Source of the DNA: Craspedostauros australis
Lineage: Eukaryota
NCBI GenBank assembly: GCA_030167865.1
Contig: JALAGF010000236.1
Coordinates: 1 to 64,000, forward strand
Direction: 5' to 3'
Length of the DNA: 64,000 nt
The notes under the pieces were generated by a model. That model was not told the origin of the DNA. It worked only from the letters and a program-made list of their open reading frames with translations, and did not search any database. Each line of letters begins with the position of its first letter. Positions within the stretch are counted from its first letter, which is position 1. The translations under genes and the position numbers were made by a program. Below are positions 13,601 to 26,172 of this stretch, piece by piece.

Positions 13601-16600
13601 ACCTTTTCGAAGTTGTCATTCACAAGATCATGCAATGCTGCCGAGAGATCGTCGCCTGGGATAGACCAATCGATGCTCGAACGACTGTGTGTCTTGCGGT
13701 GATTTGCCTTCCCGACCCTTTCCTGTTCGCCTGATCGGCCACGCCTATCGATGTCGCTATTCATTGTTCGTTGTTCATTGTTCGTTGGTCGTTTGCCAAA
13801 GCACATCGTGGTGATGTCGACCCGCAAAGTGTCAAATGGGAAGACAGAGAAGGCAAAGCACGCGACAATAAGTGAGTACACAAATGTGCAGTGTCGTGCA
13901 GTACAGCGCAGTGCGTTGTGCTCCAATTGCAGGGATGCACATGGATGGCACAAACAAGCTGTTGGTAAGAACAGTGTTCGCACATTTAGCTGTCAGCAAG
14001 ACTGAGCAAGCAGACGCTGCAGTCAGCAACTATCACCAACAGCAACACGCTTCCAATTCTGCTCGTGCTTTCCTCATCAATTCGCGATCGTCTGCAATGT
14101 TCCTTACCGAATGCCAAGACTCTTTCCGATGACGTCCAGAAATGCTGTGCCAGACGACTCCATCTCCTCGTAGGAACCGTATCCAGGCCTATCTGACCGA
14201 GGGTTCTCATCATAGCTCGTCTTCTCGCTGGATGCAGAAGCTTCGCTGACAGCGTCTTGGCTGGCCGAATCTGGCGTTGTCGACTTTTGAAGCTTCGGAA
14301 CTCTCATTTGCTTGACCGCTTTTCCATTCGGGCGACGAATCAACTCTGTGTCAAGCGAATCCAACGGTCCGCTGACGCTACTGGGTTTCAAATTGCGATT
14401 CTGCGCTGCGCCGCGCTTGTCGTCAATATCATCGAAGGCGTCCTCTCGGATCGTGGCCAAGCTTGGTGACGGTGCTGTTATCCATCGTCTGCTACCAAAT
14501 TGAGGGCCGCTGAATGCTTTCACCATGGCGTGCGCAGCATCTACATTGCTCTTTGAATGGCTCACGATATCATTCGAATCATCCATCGTTCCCAAATGGA
14601 GGGCGGTGCGAAAGTCGGTCATGGAATCAATCTTCAAGGAGCTTTTGTCGTTTTTGGATGTGGCATCAGCTGTATCGGCACTCTTCTGGCTTCGTTGCGG
14701 GGATTCGTCGCGAGAGACCGTTGGTGTATGGAGCATCGATCTTGCCGAGTCCTGGGGGTTGGATAAGTTCGGCATCGTCTTTGATCTCGAACGGAAATCG
14801 CCGTTTCCGGAGTCCATGCCAGATGCGGCGTTGTCATGCTGCGTCGCCTTCAACCCCAGCAGAAAGTCATCCATCTCTCCGGAGGTGGAAATCTGCGACA
14901 ACGAATTGTAGATCTCGAAGTTTGATCGAACGTGCCGACGGCGTTTTATCCTCTTCTCCTTGTTCTGATCTGCCGGAGCAGTCTTGATCGGACTTTTCAA
15001 TGGATTGGCAGTTAATGGATTGGCACTCCTGCTCGCGTTTGTGCCCATGCCCATGCCCATCTCACCCATGGCGCTTCGGTTGCCGTGCTTTTTGGCCCGC
15101 AGCTCTTGCGTGGACTTGTCCATCTTGCATTCCTTGGCGTGCTCTCCAAACAGCGTCCCTTCGTCAAACAGGAGGGCCGCAATGCGGCTGAGCGAAATGA
15201 TGCTCCATCTCTTGTGACCATCGAGTTGCGCCAAGCCTCGCTTCGACAAATGCAACGTTGACGTGCCAAGGAGTTGGAGCAGCGTGGCGAAGGAGTGAAT
15301 TCGAAGGGGCGTCGAAGAAGCAGGGTTGGACCACACGAGATCAGGCTCGCCAGTTCCAATCACCATGATCTTGAGGAGGTGCAGAATCACCCTCAGCAGG
15401 TGATCCGACACGACCGATGCGGGGCACATGGACGATTTCGAGATATCCACGGTCGAAAGGAGGAGCCGTTCTGATTCGTATTCCGTGCTTGCCAAACCGT
15501 TCAGCTCCGATCGACGGATTTGGGACATGATCTCAGGCCTTCCCATCCTCAGCAGAGCGAGCATGGGTTCGTTGTACTTCGCGACCGACAGTGGCCTATC
15601 CGGTTCTTGGTTGAAGAATTCGGACAGAGTGGCATTTTGGGGATGCAACGATGAGTGAACGGTGATCTTTACCTGCGCCGTCATGGGATCATGTCCCGGC
15701 TTCTGGCGCATCTGCAGCATCCTCCAGTCGTCGGACACCTCGGAAACTGAGTGGCTATCCGACGCACTGGCGATGGAATTCGTTTCGGTCGGCGGATGCC
15801 CCGAACCAACGCTCTCAGAATCCTTTTCCTCTGCCGTGGCGTCGTCTGCTCTTGTGGAATCCATCTCTGATACAATCAAGGTGCCAGGCTCGAAACGACC
15901 CGAGTCGTACATATCTTTCTTCATGTTGCGACAAGAGTACGACAATCTCACGGTGTGAACCCCGTTGGCCACAACCGCCTGCTGATGACACAGCGGAACG
16001 AACCCGCAGCACAGCTGGATCAAGCGGCAGCTCTTTGCGCTGTCTGCCATATCAGGCGTCTCCCCTGCCAGCTCACCAGCGATGTCATCAATTTTCTTGC
16101 TGGGCCGCTTGGGACGCAGCATACGAACCCACTTCTTCCTCGAGCTGAAGCTAACTCGGAAAACCGACAGGAATATGGCGTAGAAGAATGACCTTCCATC
16201 CCGCTTCCTCAGCGGTGTGAGTTCAAGCGGAAGCTTCATCTTGAACTCATCCAAGAACTGAGGATCGACGCATCGGGAGCTGCACGACGTGAAGGCTTCT
16301 TGGACCAGGAAAGGTCCACGTCGCGAGTTGTGAATCGAAGGCCCAGACTGTGGCAGATAGGCCAAGTACGATGAAAACTCCTGGCTCCATTCCAGCTCGC
16401 GCAATTCGACTTTGATGACCGTGTTCGCCTTGGGGCAGTTGTGAAGGATCCGAGGGTTGCAGAGCAACTCGTTGCAGAAAGCTGTGTGGTAGAATGGTTC
16501 CGAGCCTTCCGCCATGCCTTGCATTCGATTGCGCTGACGCGATCTGGCCGGCGAATCCGCGATGCCGGTTCGCTTGGCTGGCGGAGCGACGACCAATGGG

Positions 16601-19600
16601 ATCGGTGCCAATTCTTGGGCGTACAGTCCCGAATTTGTGCGTGCCACTTCCGCATCCTGCATTGTGTCTTGCATCAAGTCATCGTGGGGTGCAATGGTAC
16701 GGCCACCGAATCTGGTAGGTTCTGCAACGTATGCATCGGTGATATACGGTGATGTGTTGATGGTGGTGTTGGTGTTTTTGGCTTGCACCTGGGCTGGATT
16801 GGTCTTACCTCCGTTGCTTGCATCTCCATTGGCTTCATCATGCTGTTCATTTTCATGACCTCTTCGGACCTGCAACTCTCCCGTGAAATCAACAAGTCGA
16901 TCACGCGCGAGCTGGCTCTTGCTGTTGATCGCGGTGTGCAGTCCCAGGTACCCAAAATTCCTCATCACGAGCATCGCCGTGCCGCCGTTGGTCACCGGAG
17001 CCGGACCGCCGATGCCGAAGCTGCGGTGGTCGGCCCTGGGATGCCGCATGACCATGATGTGATCGATGATCTGGCGCTCGCCCAGGCCCGCGGCAAAACG
17101 AAGCAGCGGAATTTGCACCGCCTTGCTGATGGCGACCGTGGGGTTCTCCGGACCGAAGACCTGGATTAGAGGCGTGACACCGAATGCAAATGGCATCAGG
17201 AACCTGCCCTGTCGGCTTGCTGCCTTTTGAGACCGCGATCGAAAGATGTCCAGCTCGGTGCGTTCTCCTCTGGTTCCTCGATCGTAGCTGCCCAGACTCC
17301 TCCCAGGCCTCAGATAGGGTTCGAAGTCGCTGCTTTCCGCGATCACCTTGTGAACGATGATGACGGCGTACAGATTCTCGATCTTCAGCTGGGAGGGGAT
17401 GGGGAAGACGCCGCAACGCGTTCCCCGGAAGCTGTCTGCCGCATCTGAACTTGCGACGTCTGCGTTTTGTGCGAAGCTGTACGGCCACAGGGATGCCTTG
17501 CACGCATTCTCCACGACAGCATCGCCCACAACATCGAATTGCAGAGTTTCGGTGATGCGTCCACACTTGGTTGGGTCAGGTAGAGGAATCGCGCCCGGTT
17601 CGCCGACGGCCATGGTCGTTTTGACGTGATAGACCGCTAGCGAGCAGAAAAGCGGCTCGATCTCGCCACCCAACGGCGGAAAGCCGAGAGCCTGCGTGTC
17701 GATTTGCAAGTGCCGGAAGCTTGGCGATCGATCCGACAGGTACGGCATGGTTTGAGCGATGCTGGTTGCTGGATGAAGGTGCGACAATGGTCTGTTCTGA
17801 TTCCGAAGCGTCTCGGGAGTGGGGGACAGCCCCGTCTGCGTTTGGGGATACGACGAAGGGTGGAACATCGGGGGAAGCTGCACGACTTCCAGGTCATTGG
17901 CCATGTCGTCTCCCGGCGTTCCATCACTCAGTGCTTCCTGGTCCTGGTTCTGTTCCAGGACACCGCTTGCTGCGTCCTCCTCCGTCGGAGTGTTCCACCA
18001 TCCATGGCGCACCCCGCCGTCGTGTCGCTGTTGTGACACTTGCCTGCTCGATTGAGATGAACGCGGGGGGAGGCTTGGCGGACTGCTCGCGGAACGTGCG
18101 TTGACGTTGGGGCTGCGATGAGCATCGCGGCTCGTGGTGGACGATGGAGGCTGCGGAGACGTTGGATTGCGTAATGTACGAGGATCGAAGTGCTGAGGCA
18201 GGGCCGCGCGCTTGTTCCAGCTCTGATTGTCTTCCGGTGAGGCTGCCGGAGTGGGGCAAGCGATGGCCCCAAAGAGGTTCTGGGGACAAAACTTCTCGAT
18301 GATGGCCTGCGTCCGCCGTTGCTCCTCGGCGCGTTGCTGTTCGTCCTTGGTCTCGAAATTGCCGAGATCCGAATCCACAGGGAGAGGAGGGTCATCGACG
18401 CAGAACAAGGGCGTGCTGCCGTTCATGAGTTCGAGGTTGGACAGAGGCCGTCCTCCGTCCTTGGTGAGGGGAAGCTGATTGAGGGATTCGACGGCATCAT
18501 CCGGTCCCACGACCATCGCGCTTTCTGCAGGATCGTCACCCGATTGCTGCTCGAGTGACTTTTGGAGTGATGCAAGGCCGGCATTGAGATGCTCGTTGAC
18601 GCCGACCTTCTTCTTGAGTTCGCTGCCAACGACCGAGTCGTCGTCGCTGTCGTCATGAGCGGCGGCTGATATCGCATGGAAGGTTCCCGAATTCCGCATG
18701 CTGCCGTCCAGCGATTCGCGTCGAGCATCGCTGAAATGAAAGGATGAACTCCCGAGTCTGACAGACGAGTTGGAAGGTGATTCTCCGCGCGCCATCTGGG
18801 AAAAGTAGTCGATCTCCGACATGGGCGACGAGTCCTCTGTCCCGGTGGAACTTTCCTTCACGGAAATTGGAACCCAGCTATTGAAGCTGTCCTGGAGAGC
18901 GCTGCGTGGCCGTTGCTCTGGACTTGTCGAGCTGTCCGAGGACCGGCTTGATCCATCTGACAGGCCTGCCTGGCTGTTGCTTTCGTCGTCCATCTCACGT
19001 CCGAACGCTAGTGGCGGTGCGTTTGAGTGCAACGGCGAGATCATTCTCTGCTGATTCTGGTATTGACGTGGTTGCTGCTGCTGTTTCTGCGTTTCTGGAG
19101 AGGAGAGATTGCCGTCGTTCTGTACGTTTTGGTCATTTTCTGCATCATGGGGTGTTGAACTCACTCCTTGCTGCGTCTGAGCCTCGCCCATTCCAGCATC
19201 GCGATCAGCGCTGCCTTGCCATGTTGCGGCAGAATCACTCCACTTGGGTGCGTAAACTGTCACGTACGGACTTCCCTGCCACGGATTCTCTTTGCCGTTT
19301 GCGTTTCCGTTGCCACTCTGAGTTTGGCCACCGCCTTTGTCTTCGCCTTTGCCATCATCGATGGTCTCGTTGCAATGTCGGCTCTGTGCATCGCCCAATG
19401 CGAGCTCGTCGGGAAGCAGAGGGATGCCATGGCCGTACAACCGCAGCGCGCCCACCAAGTTCCGGACATCTGGCTTGAGACTGCTGACGCGCACGGCCTC
19501 GCTGCCGGTGGCACGCAGTTCGTCGATGCCCTGCGATATGATGCCCTTCGCCTGGCGCAGCACACGGGGCGGCAGCACGGATCCGAAGAAGAGCGGCCTG

Positions 19601-20100
19601 GCAAGGCGCACCTTCTGACTTGTCATCTGCGCTTCGTTCTCAAAGCGATTGCCCTTGTTGACGTTGCCATTCTGCTGCATCGCCACTGCCTGTGCCAGGG
19701 GGATGCTGATCTGAGGGCTGGTGGCCACGGCCTTCTTGCGTCCGCCGTCGTCGCTGTCATCGTCATCTTGATAGAGCTTGGCCGCCGCGGCTTCGAGATT
19801 GGACGACACATGTGACGTTTTGGTGGAGGCCACGAACGAGACCGTGCCGGAGGGGGCGTCGCCTGCCGCTGCAGCGGCCATGGAGAACATATCCCTCTCC
19901 TTCTGCGCCTGATCATCGGATTCTCCCCCCTGAGAGGCGGGTTCGTCGTGGTTGGACGCTGAGCCTTGCTTCGGTTCATCTTTCGTGTTCGCAAGGGAGG
20001 AAGAGTCGAAGGTGCCGCTGGGGGCATCGCCAGATGCGTAGGCGGAAAACCAGTTGATCTCCCTCTGCTTTCGGCTTTCCTCGTCCTCTGCATCCGACAT
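7668..20100 (-). CDS. DOCK (dedicator of cytokinesis) family protein with DHR-1 C2 and DHR-2 regions, ~3796 aa, 4 exons
   Basis: Exons 20100-14108, 13744-9363, 8980-8258 and 7960-7668 total 11391 nt (divisible by 3), with GTAAG donors. DOCK-type motifs IEPLFCSLAVY, FLMPFAFG, PQFLDEFKMKLP, RMAWLRKLAEFH, GRFYRVWFHG, EFVYR, FPACVARQ and SPLEAGID. Confidence 0.85.
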
Positions 20101-21855
20101 TCTGCTTGTTTGTGTGTTTGTGTTTGCGTTTGCGTTTGTCCGTGCCTGTGCTGCAGAGCACTTGCTGCTGAGCACTTGCTGCTGAGAGATTGCTGTATCC
20201 GCGTACTCTATTCTATATTATTCTAACAGAGCGTAATGTAATGGGGCACAGGAGTATGTTCGTTGGTATTGGCAGTGGCGCACTCCGCGGCACAGATACA
20301 CAGACGGGCACCCACCGTGTCCTTGGATCGTGGTGTCTCGGATCGTGCTGGAGGCCTTGGCACCGGTCATCAAGCAACGATGGGGCCTTCCCCAATGGTG
20401 CGCGTTTGGTACGATCTATTATAAGTATCTACTCGTGTAGATGCTCAGCAGGGTAGTAGTACCCTTAGTCGTACCACTACTAGTCTGTGTCCTTTCCTTC
20501 GTTCTGTGGTCTGGTTGCCCTTGAGCCGTGTCTTGCTCTCCCGTGGGTGGTGCTCTCCGTTCCGGTCTTCGTCTCTCTTGGTCCCCTCAGCGCTTCGCTG
20601 TTCTGGTTTCGGCTCTCTGTGTCTCTTTTGTTGTCTTTGCCTCCATCTGTGCCATTCGGCAGCTGCGACACGAAACACTTGAAATTCCACCAACATCACG
20701 GACTGGCTGGTGCATCGCATTCTTTGAAGCACACACACACACAGAGCGCAGGAACATCACTCAAGGCATGTCACACCCGTGGTTCAATTCAGGCCGGCGT
20801 CACAAATTCAAGGCGGGACCACATCTATTTGAGCCGTTTGATTGCAACCAAGACCACGAGGATCACGAAGGTGTTAGGAGAGGCATCCACGATGCTCTAA
20901 ATGCAAGGGAAGCACGTCGAGCCATCACATGAAGATAACATCACAAAAACACGATCCACTTTGGAACCATCGGATCAACAACAATCACAGCAGTTGTGGC
21001 AGTCGCAATAGTCGCAACGTTTCACCATACCTATGTTGACCGTTTTCACATTTGCACGGACTCTCTATCAAGCCCTTTGCAGGTTCTTGGGCATCCAAAT
21101 GCATGGAACTAATATTATGTTATGAACCTGCTCATTCAAGTATTGTGCTCTCCACAGAGAGAGAGCTGATGCCCACACGATGGCTGCCTGTTCATGACTT
21201 TCTCCTCCTTGTTTTGTAGAATACAATTGGACCAAAACCAATGACGTCAAATGCAACAGTGGATGATATTGATTACCTCTCCTCTGATGCCATTGTCTCA
21301 TTGTGCCATGCTCCTGTGTTGTCTTGAGATCAATGACACAAGCACCGAGATCGGGACTCTCCCTCTCTCACACTCTCGCTCACACTCTCACACTCAGTTA
21401 TATACAGTACAGGCATTACGTAGAACCCTGATAGATGGTTGGTGCCTTTGGAGTGCATGTCAACACTCCCTCTCCACAACCTTCTCGTACTCATAGCACA
21501 ATGCCCGCGTCTCTAACCTCGTCAAACAAGTATTTCAACTGACGTCGGACAGACCGCGCGCGATCACGACGGATTTCCGCGATTTCGTTCTTTGTTCCTT
21601 GCGTCGCCATGCGAACACTCGCCATCGTTCCAGACAGTCAACTTCACGCAACGGTTGACGGCCCTCTCGGACCGCTCTCCGTGGCAAAGCAATCAACGAC
21701 TTCATCTTCTCGCGTCATCTCCTATTCTTCACATCAGATACTCGCACATCAACGAACTCAAGAATTGCTCGGGCTGCCGCAGTGACAGACGAGGTCCATC
21801 CGTCCAACTCCTGTTCTCCTCGTACGCCAAGCAACACAACGCGAGCAAGCAGACG

Positions 21856-23235
21856 ATGTCGAATACGGCGGGCATGACGATGGAGATGGAAATCCTCGAG
21901 AATGAGCGATGTTGGGTGGGAACGGGCTTCGGAAAGGGTGGTTTGCTTCCGAACGACAGGGGCGTCTACTCCACGCTGGACGGATCGATATCCTGGAAGA
22001 CCTTGGATGAGATAGCGCAGGACTTCCTGTTTCTGGGACGCGGCTGGAGGCTGCTGGAGGAGGAGTCCTTCGAACCCGACGACGATGCCGAAGGCGATGG
22101 ATGGATGTACGCGACGGACTTTCGGGCAGAAGCAGTGGCGAGCGCGTCTCCGCAGAAGGGAATGATGCACTGGGTGCGATTCCGCAAGCTGCATCGCGTC
22201 AAGGTCTTCTCGCCCGACGAATTCGTGCTGAGGGCGATCCACGAGCAGTGCGATCATTGCGATTCCAGATCCACCGTGGCCCTGGCCAAGAACATGCTGG
22301 ACGCCTTGGCGTATTGCACCCTGCTGCACAGCACCACGGACCTCACGGATGCCGTGACGCTGCCGCTCAAGAAGTCCATCGTGGATCTCGTCATCAGCCA
22401 GAAACCTCCGGACGAGGCGTCGTCCGAAAACAGCGCCGTGAGGAGGATGGAGAACCTGCGCAAAGCATTGGAGAATTTCGTGGAGAAGGAGAGGAGCGAC
22501 ACGATGATGCGGAGGCTGCTGTCGGGCATCGACTTCAGCTTCTTCGCAAGGCACGGCAGGCAGGAGTTCATGGACCGCGCGGAGGAGGTCTCGCAACGAT
22601 TCTTCCTGCAGCAAGAGCTCGAGGCGATCGCCGGCCTCGTCATCCGCAAGATTGATACGAAGCACGAGCTGCACTGCGATCGACGCGACTGCGGCACGGC
22701 CTGCAAATTCGTTCGCGTCACATGTCCCAACACAGGCTGCACGGAGTCCATGTCCCATACGTACATCAAGCATCATGACAAGTCCTGTCCTTACAAGACC
22801 GTGCTGTGCGAATGTGGCGATGTGTTTCCGTTGCATGAGCAGCCGCATCACTTGTCGTCGGTCTGTCCATTTCGAGAAGTGAAGTGTCCGTTTGAGGGCA
22901 TGGGATGCAGCAAAATCATTCAGGCGTGCGACATCGAACGGCACGTGTCAAAGGATGTTGCGTCTCATCTATTGCTGGCCGTAGATAGAATGACGGAGTA
23001 CGAAAGTGCCATCCGATCGCTCAACTCCAAGGTGTCCAAATTGGAAACAGAAAATGAGGCTCTGACGAAAGCGTTGGCATCGAGCAAGGAGGTATCAGAG
23101 AAGGACATCAAGCAAGTACTTGCGGACTTGAACAAGGCCAATCAGCACGTGTACAAGTTCGAAGCCTCCCATAAGAAGGAGCTGAGGCAGATACAGAACG
23201 ACCTCAAGGAACTAAAAAAGAAACCGAAACAGTAG
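21856..23235 (+). CDS. DysF/peroxin-like domain plus TRAF-type zinc fingers and C-terminal coiled coil
   Basis: N-terminal ENER.W...LLPNDR...GWMYATDF...WVRFRK (DysF pattern), then repeated TRAF zinc fingers (CPNTGC...HDKSCPY, CECG...HLSSVCP, CPFEGMGC...HV) and a coiled coil. Confidence 0.75.
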   Translation: MSNTAGMTMEMEILENERCWVGTGFGKGGLLPNDRGVYSTLDGSISWKTLDEIAQDFLFLGRGWRLLEEESFEPDDDAEGDGWMYATDFRAEAVASASPQKGMMHWVRFRKLHRVKVFSPDEFVLRAIHEQCDHCDSRSTVALAKNMLDALAYCTLLHSTTDLTDAVTLPLKKSIVDLVISQKPPDEASSENSAVRRMENLRKALENFVEKERSDTMMRRLLSGIDFSFFARHGRQEFMDRAEEVSQRFFLQQELEAIAGLVIRKIDTKHELHCDRRDCGTACKFVRVTCPNTGCTESMSHTYIKHHDKSCPYKTVLCECGDVFPLHEQPHHLSSVCPFREVKCPFEGMGCSKIIQACDIERHVSKDVASHLLLAVDRMTEYESAIRSLNSKVSKLETENEALTKALASSKEVSEKDIKQVLADLNKANQHVYKFEASHKKELRQIQNDLKELKKKPKQ

Positions 23236-23438
23236 AATGTATTATATGTAGTTAGTTTTCATCACTTACAACTACACCACTCCCTGCATGCACACGTTCG
23301 CACATAAATGTGAGACCAGCCTACGAAACAAGTCGTATCTCTCTCCAGAGAGTTCAATGGAATGATAGACGCTATTCATTTATTTCCATGGTGCTCGTTT
23401 TAGTGCATGGAAGAGTGCTCTCCATACGACTATATAGC

Positions 23439-25539
23439 TCACCGGTTCCTTCCGCCGATCATGATTCCGGCGACGAAGCTGGCGGTTGCCGTGAGCACAA
23501 CTGGGACGATGGCAGCCTTGGACTTGCCCAGGGCATCCAACAGGTCGAACTTATCCAGGACGCGAGGTAATTCGTGTGTTCTGTTGGCTGCGTGCGCACC
23601 TGCGACGTCATCCTCGGCATCATCCCCAGCTTCACCATCAGTCGTCTTTTCCCATCCAAAGCTCTTCGTGACAGCTTTCTGCCATCCTTCCCAGTTCTTC
23701 TGTTTTTCGGCTTCACTCATGGACGGCGTCCATGTTCGCGCCACGTGCCACATCTCCTTAATCTCCTCCTTGCCTTTCCACACTCCCACGGCCAATCCCG
23801 CCGCGAAGGCTGCCCCCATCGCCGTTGTTTCCATAACCTTCGGTTGGACGACAGGGACGTCAATGATGTCCGCTTGGAACTGCATGAGCAAGCTGTTGTT
23901 CGTGCCACCTCCATCGACCTTCAGCGACGTCAGTTTCACATTGCTGTCTGCATAAATGGCATCGAACACCTCCCTGGCCTGGTACGCCGTCGCTTCCAAC
24001 GCGGCCCTGCATATGTGAGCTTTATTGTGCGTCGCTGTCATGCCAACAATACACGCGCGTGCATCCGATCTCCAGTACGGCGCGAATAGACCGGCGAACG
24101 CTGGGACGAGGTACAGCCCATCGTTGCTGTGAACCGTCGAAGCAAGCGCTTCGGACTCTGCTGCGTTGGGGATGATGTTGAGCTGATCGCGAAGCCATTG
24201 GATGGTGGATCCGCTGTGGCTGACAGATCCCTCCAAGGCGTACTGGACGCCTTCATCACCAATCTGGCAGGCGATCGTCGTCAGCATTCCATGAGTTGAA
24301 GGGACGAGCTTCGACCCTGTATTCATCATGAGGAACATGCCGGTGCCGTAGGTGTTCTTTGCTTCGCCTGGCGCAAAGGCGCACTGGCCGAAGAGCGCGG
24401 CCTGTTGGTCTCCAAGAATGGAGGAGACCGGGACACCGTCCAATGCCTCCACGCCGCATGTCTTCTGGCACGTGCAGTACGTGTGGCTGCTCTTGACGAT
24501 TTTGGGCAGTGCGGTTGGCTCCAGCTTGTGCGGTGCGCAAACATCGTGGACCAAATCCATCGACCATTGCACCGTATTGATATCGCAGAAGAGCCACCGC
24601 GACGCATTGGTGACATCGGTGACGAATATTCCACCCACGTTGGCGGCATCCGGATCGGTGGAATCTATCCCCGTGAGCTGGTACAGCAACCACGTGTCGA
24701 TCGTTCCAAACCGCACGGCCTCAGGCGTCGCGCCCATATCCTTCGCAAGTCCCTCGCAGTGGTCCAGCAACCACTTGACCTTGGTCCCCGCGAAGTACGA
24801 TGCGATGGGCAGTCCCGTCTTCTTGCGCAGGCGGTTGGTGTTGCCTTTTGCGATGTCTGTTGCGACCGTCGTCGTTCTCGTGTCATCCCACACGATGGCA
24901 TTGTAATACGGCTTTCCGGTGAAGGCATTCCAAGCGACCGTCGTCTCCCTTTGATTTGTGATTCCAACTGTCGCCCAGGGACGGACCTTCTTGCCGTAGC
25001 CGTGGGATGACAGTTTCTGTGCCACCGATGCGATGCATGCCTTGACATTCTCCCAGATCTCTAGCGGATCATGCTCATGCCAACCAACCTGGCATGCGTG
25101 GCAACGGCACAGCAAAGAATGATGTCGAGGATGAGCGTGGACGTGGACGTGAGCGTGGACGTGAGCATTGAAACAGTGAGTGTTGAAATACGAAACGTTC
25201 ACGTAGATTCATTCATACTGGATGCATCGAGACCGAGAGCGAGCGGACGGAGAAGCATCAGGACACGTTACGTTGTGCCACGCCACGCCACGCCGTGCTA
25301 GTGAAGCTGCTCCTGCTTACCTTGTCTTCCCCAGGCGGAAAGATCTGCGTGTGCTCCATCTGCGAAGATGCAGCGATGCGTCCCTTGGGAGTAAAGATGA
25401 CGAAGCGCGTGGACGAAGTCCCCTGATCGATGGCTCCCACCAACGGCGTCCCCTTCTCGGTGTCCTCCCGCAGAACATCCGTGAAGATCTTCACATCGAT
25501 GTCGAACTTCTTGTGTTCGTCGTGGCCGAAGACGAACAT
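23439..25539 (-). CDS. GK: Glycerol kinase, 2 exons
   Basis: [63 protein letters not shown] and VDGG. Exons 25539-25321 and 25088-23439. Confidence 0.95.
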
Positions 25540-26172
25540 GGCGGCTGTCCAAGCTGTGCGATGATTCGTGCAGAGTGCTCTGCTAGTGGTCTACTCGGAT
25601 GTATAGTAACGACGCAGCACTGATTGCAGCTGACGCCTCTGTTAAGGTGGTTCTCCGTTGGCTTCGGAGGCAATGAACGGATGCCTTCGACGACGCTTCT
25701 CCGAATTGGCAGCTCTCGTCTGATGGCTTATTATGATATCGGCGTTGCCTACGTTGTCTGTGTTGCTGAGGTATTGGAGGTATTGGAGGTAGCGGTGCCG
25801 TCTTTGGTCACAACACAGTGCTCGTATAGTACGAGTAGTCGTAAGTGTGATGGCAGTCAGAGGAAGGAGTGAGGGTCACCATCACCCCCATCCTCGCACG
25901 CGGCAACGCCATCTTCCGCGCAACATGTTCTCCGGTGATGGCTTGTTCTCATTCTGTCTTTGGTGTGAGCAATGGGATTTTGACACTAACTTAGCACTTT
26001 TGGAAGAAGATACTTTTTGGCGCCAAACGAAACAAGATGACACATCATTCTCCCCCCCACACGATCACCCACACACACAATGGTCAGGTCACAAACGTTG
26101 TCTCTCTCCCTCTCTCCCTCTGATGCACATATCCGTATCTGCTCATCCTTACGCGTATGTAGTCGTATTGGT

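Noticed and set aside
21715-22944. 409-aa antisense ORF
   Set aside because: Shadow of the DysF-TRAF gene.
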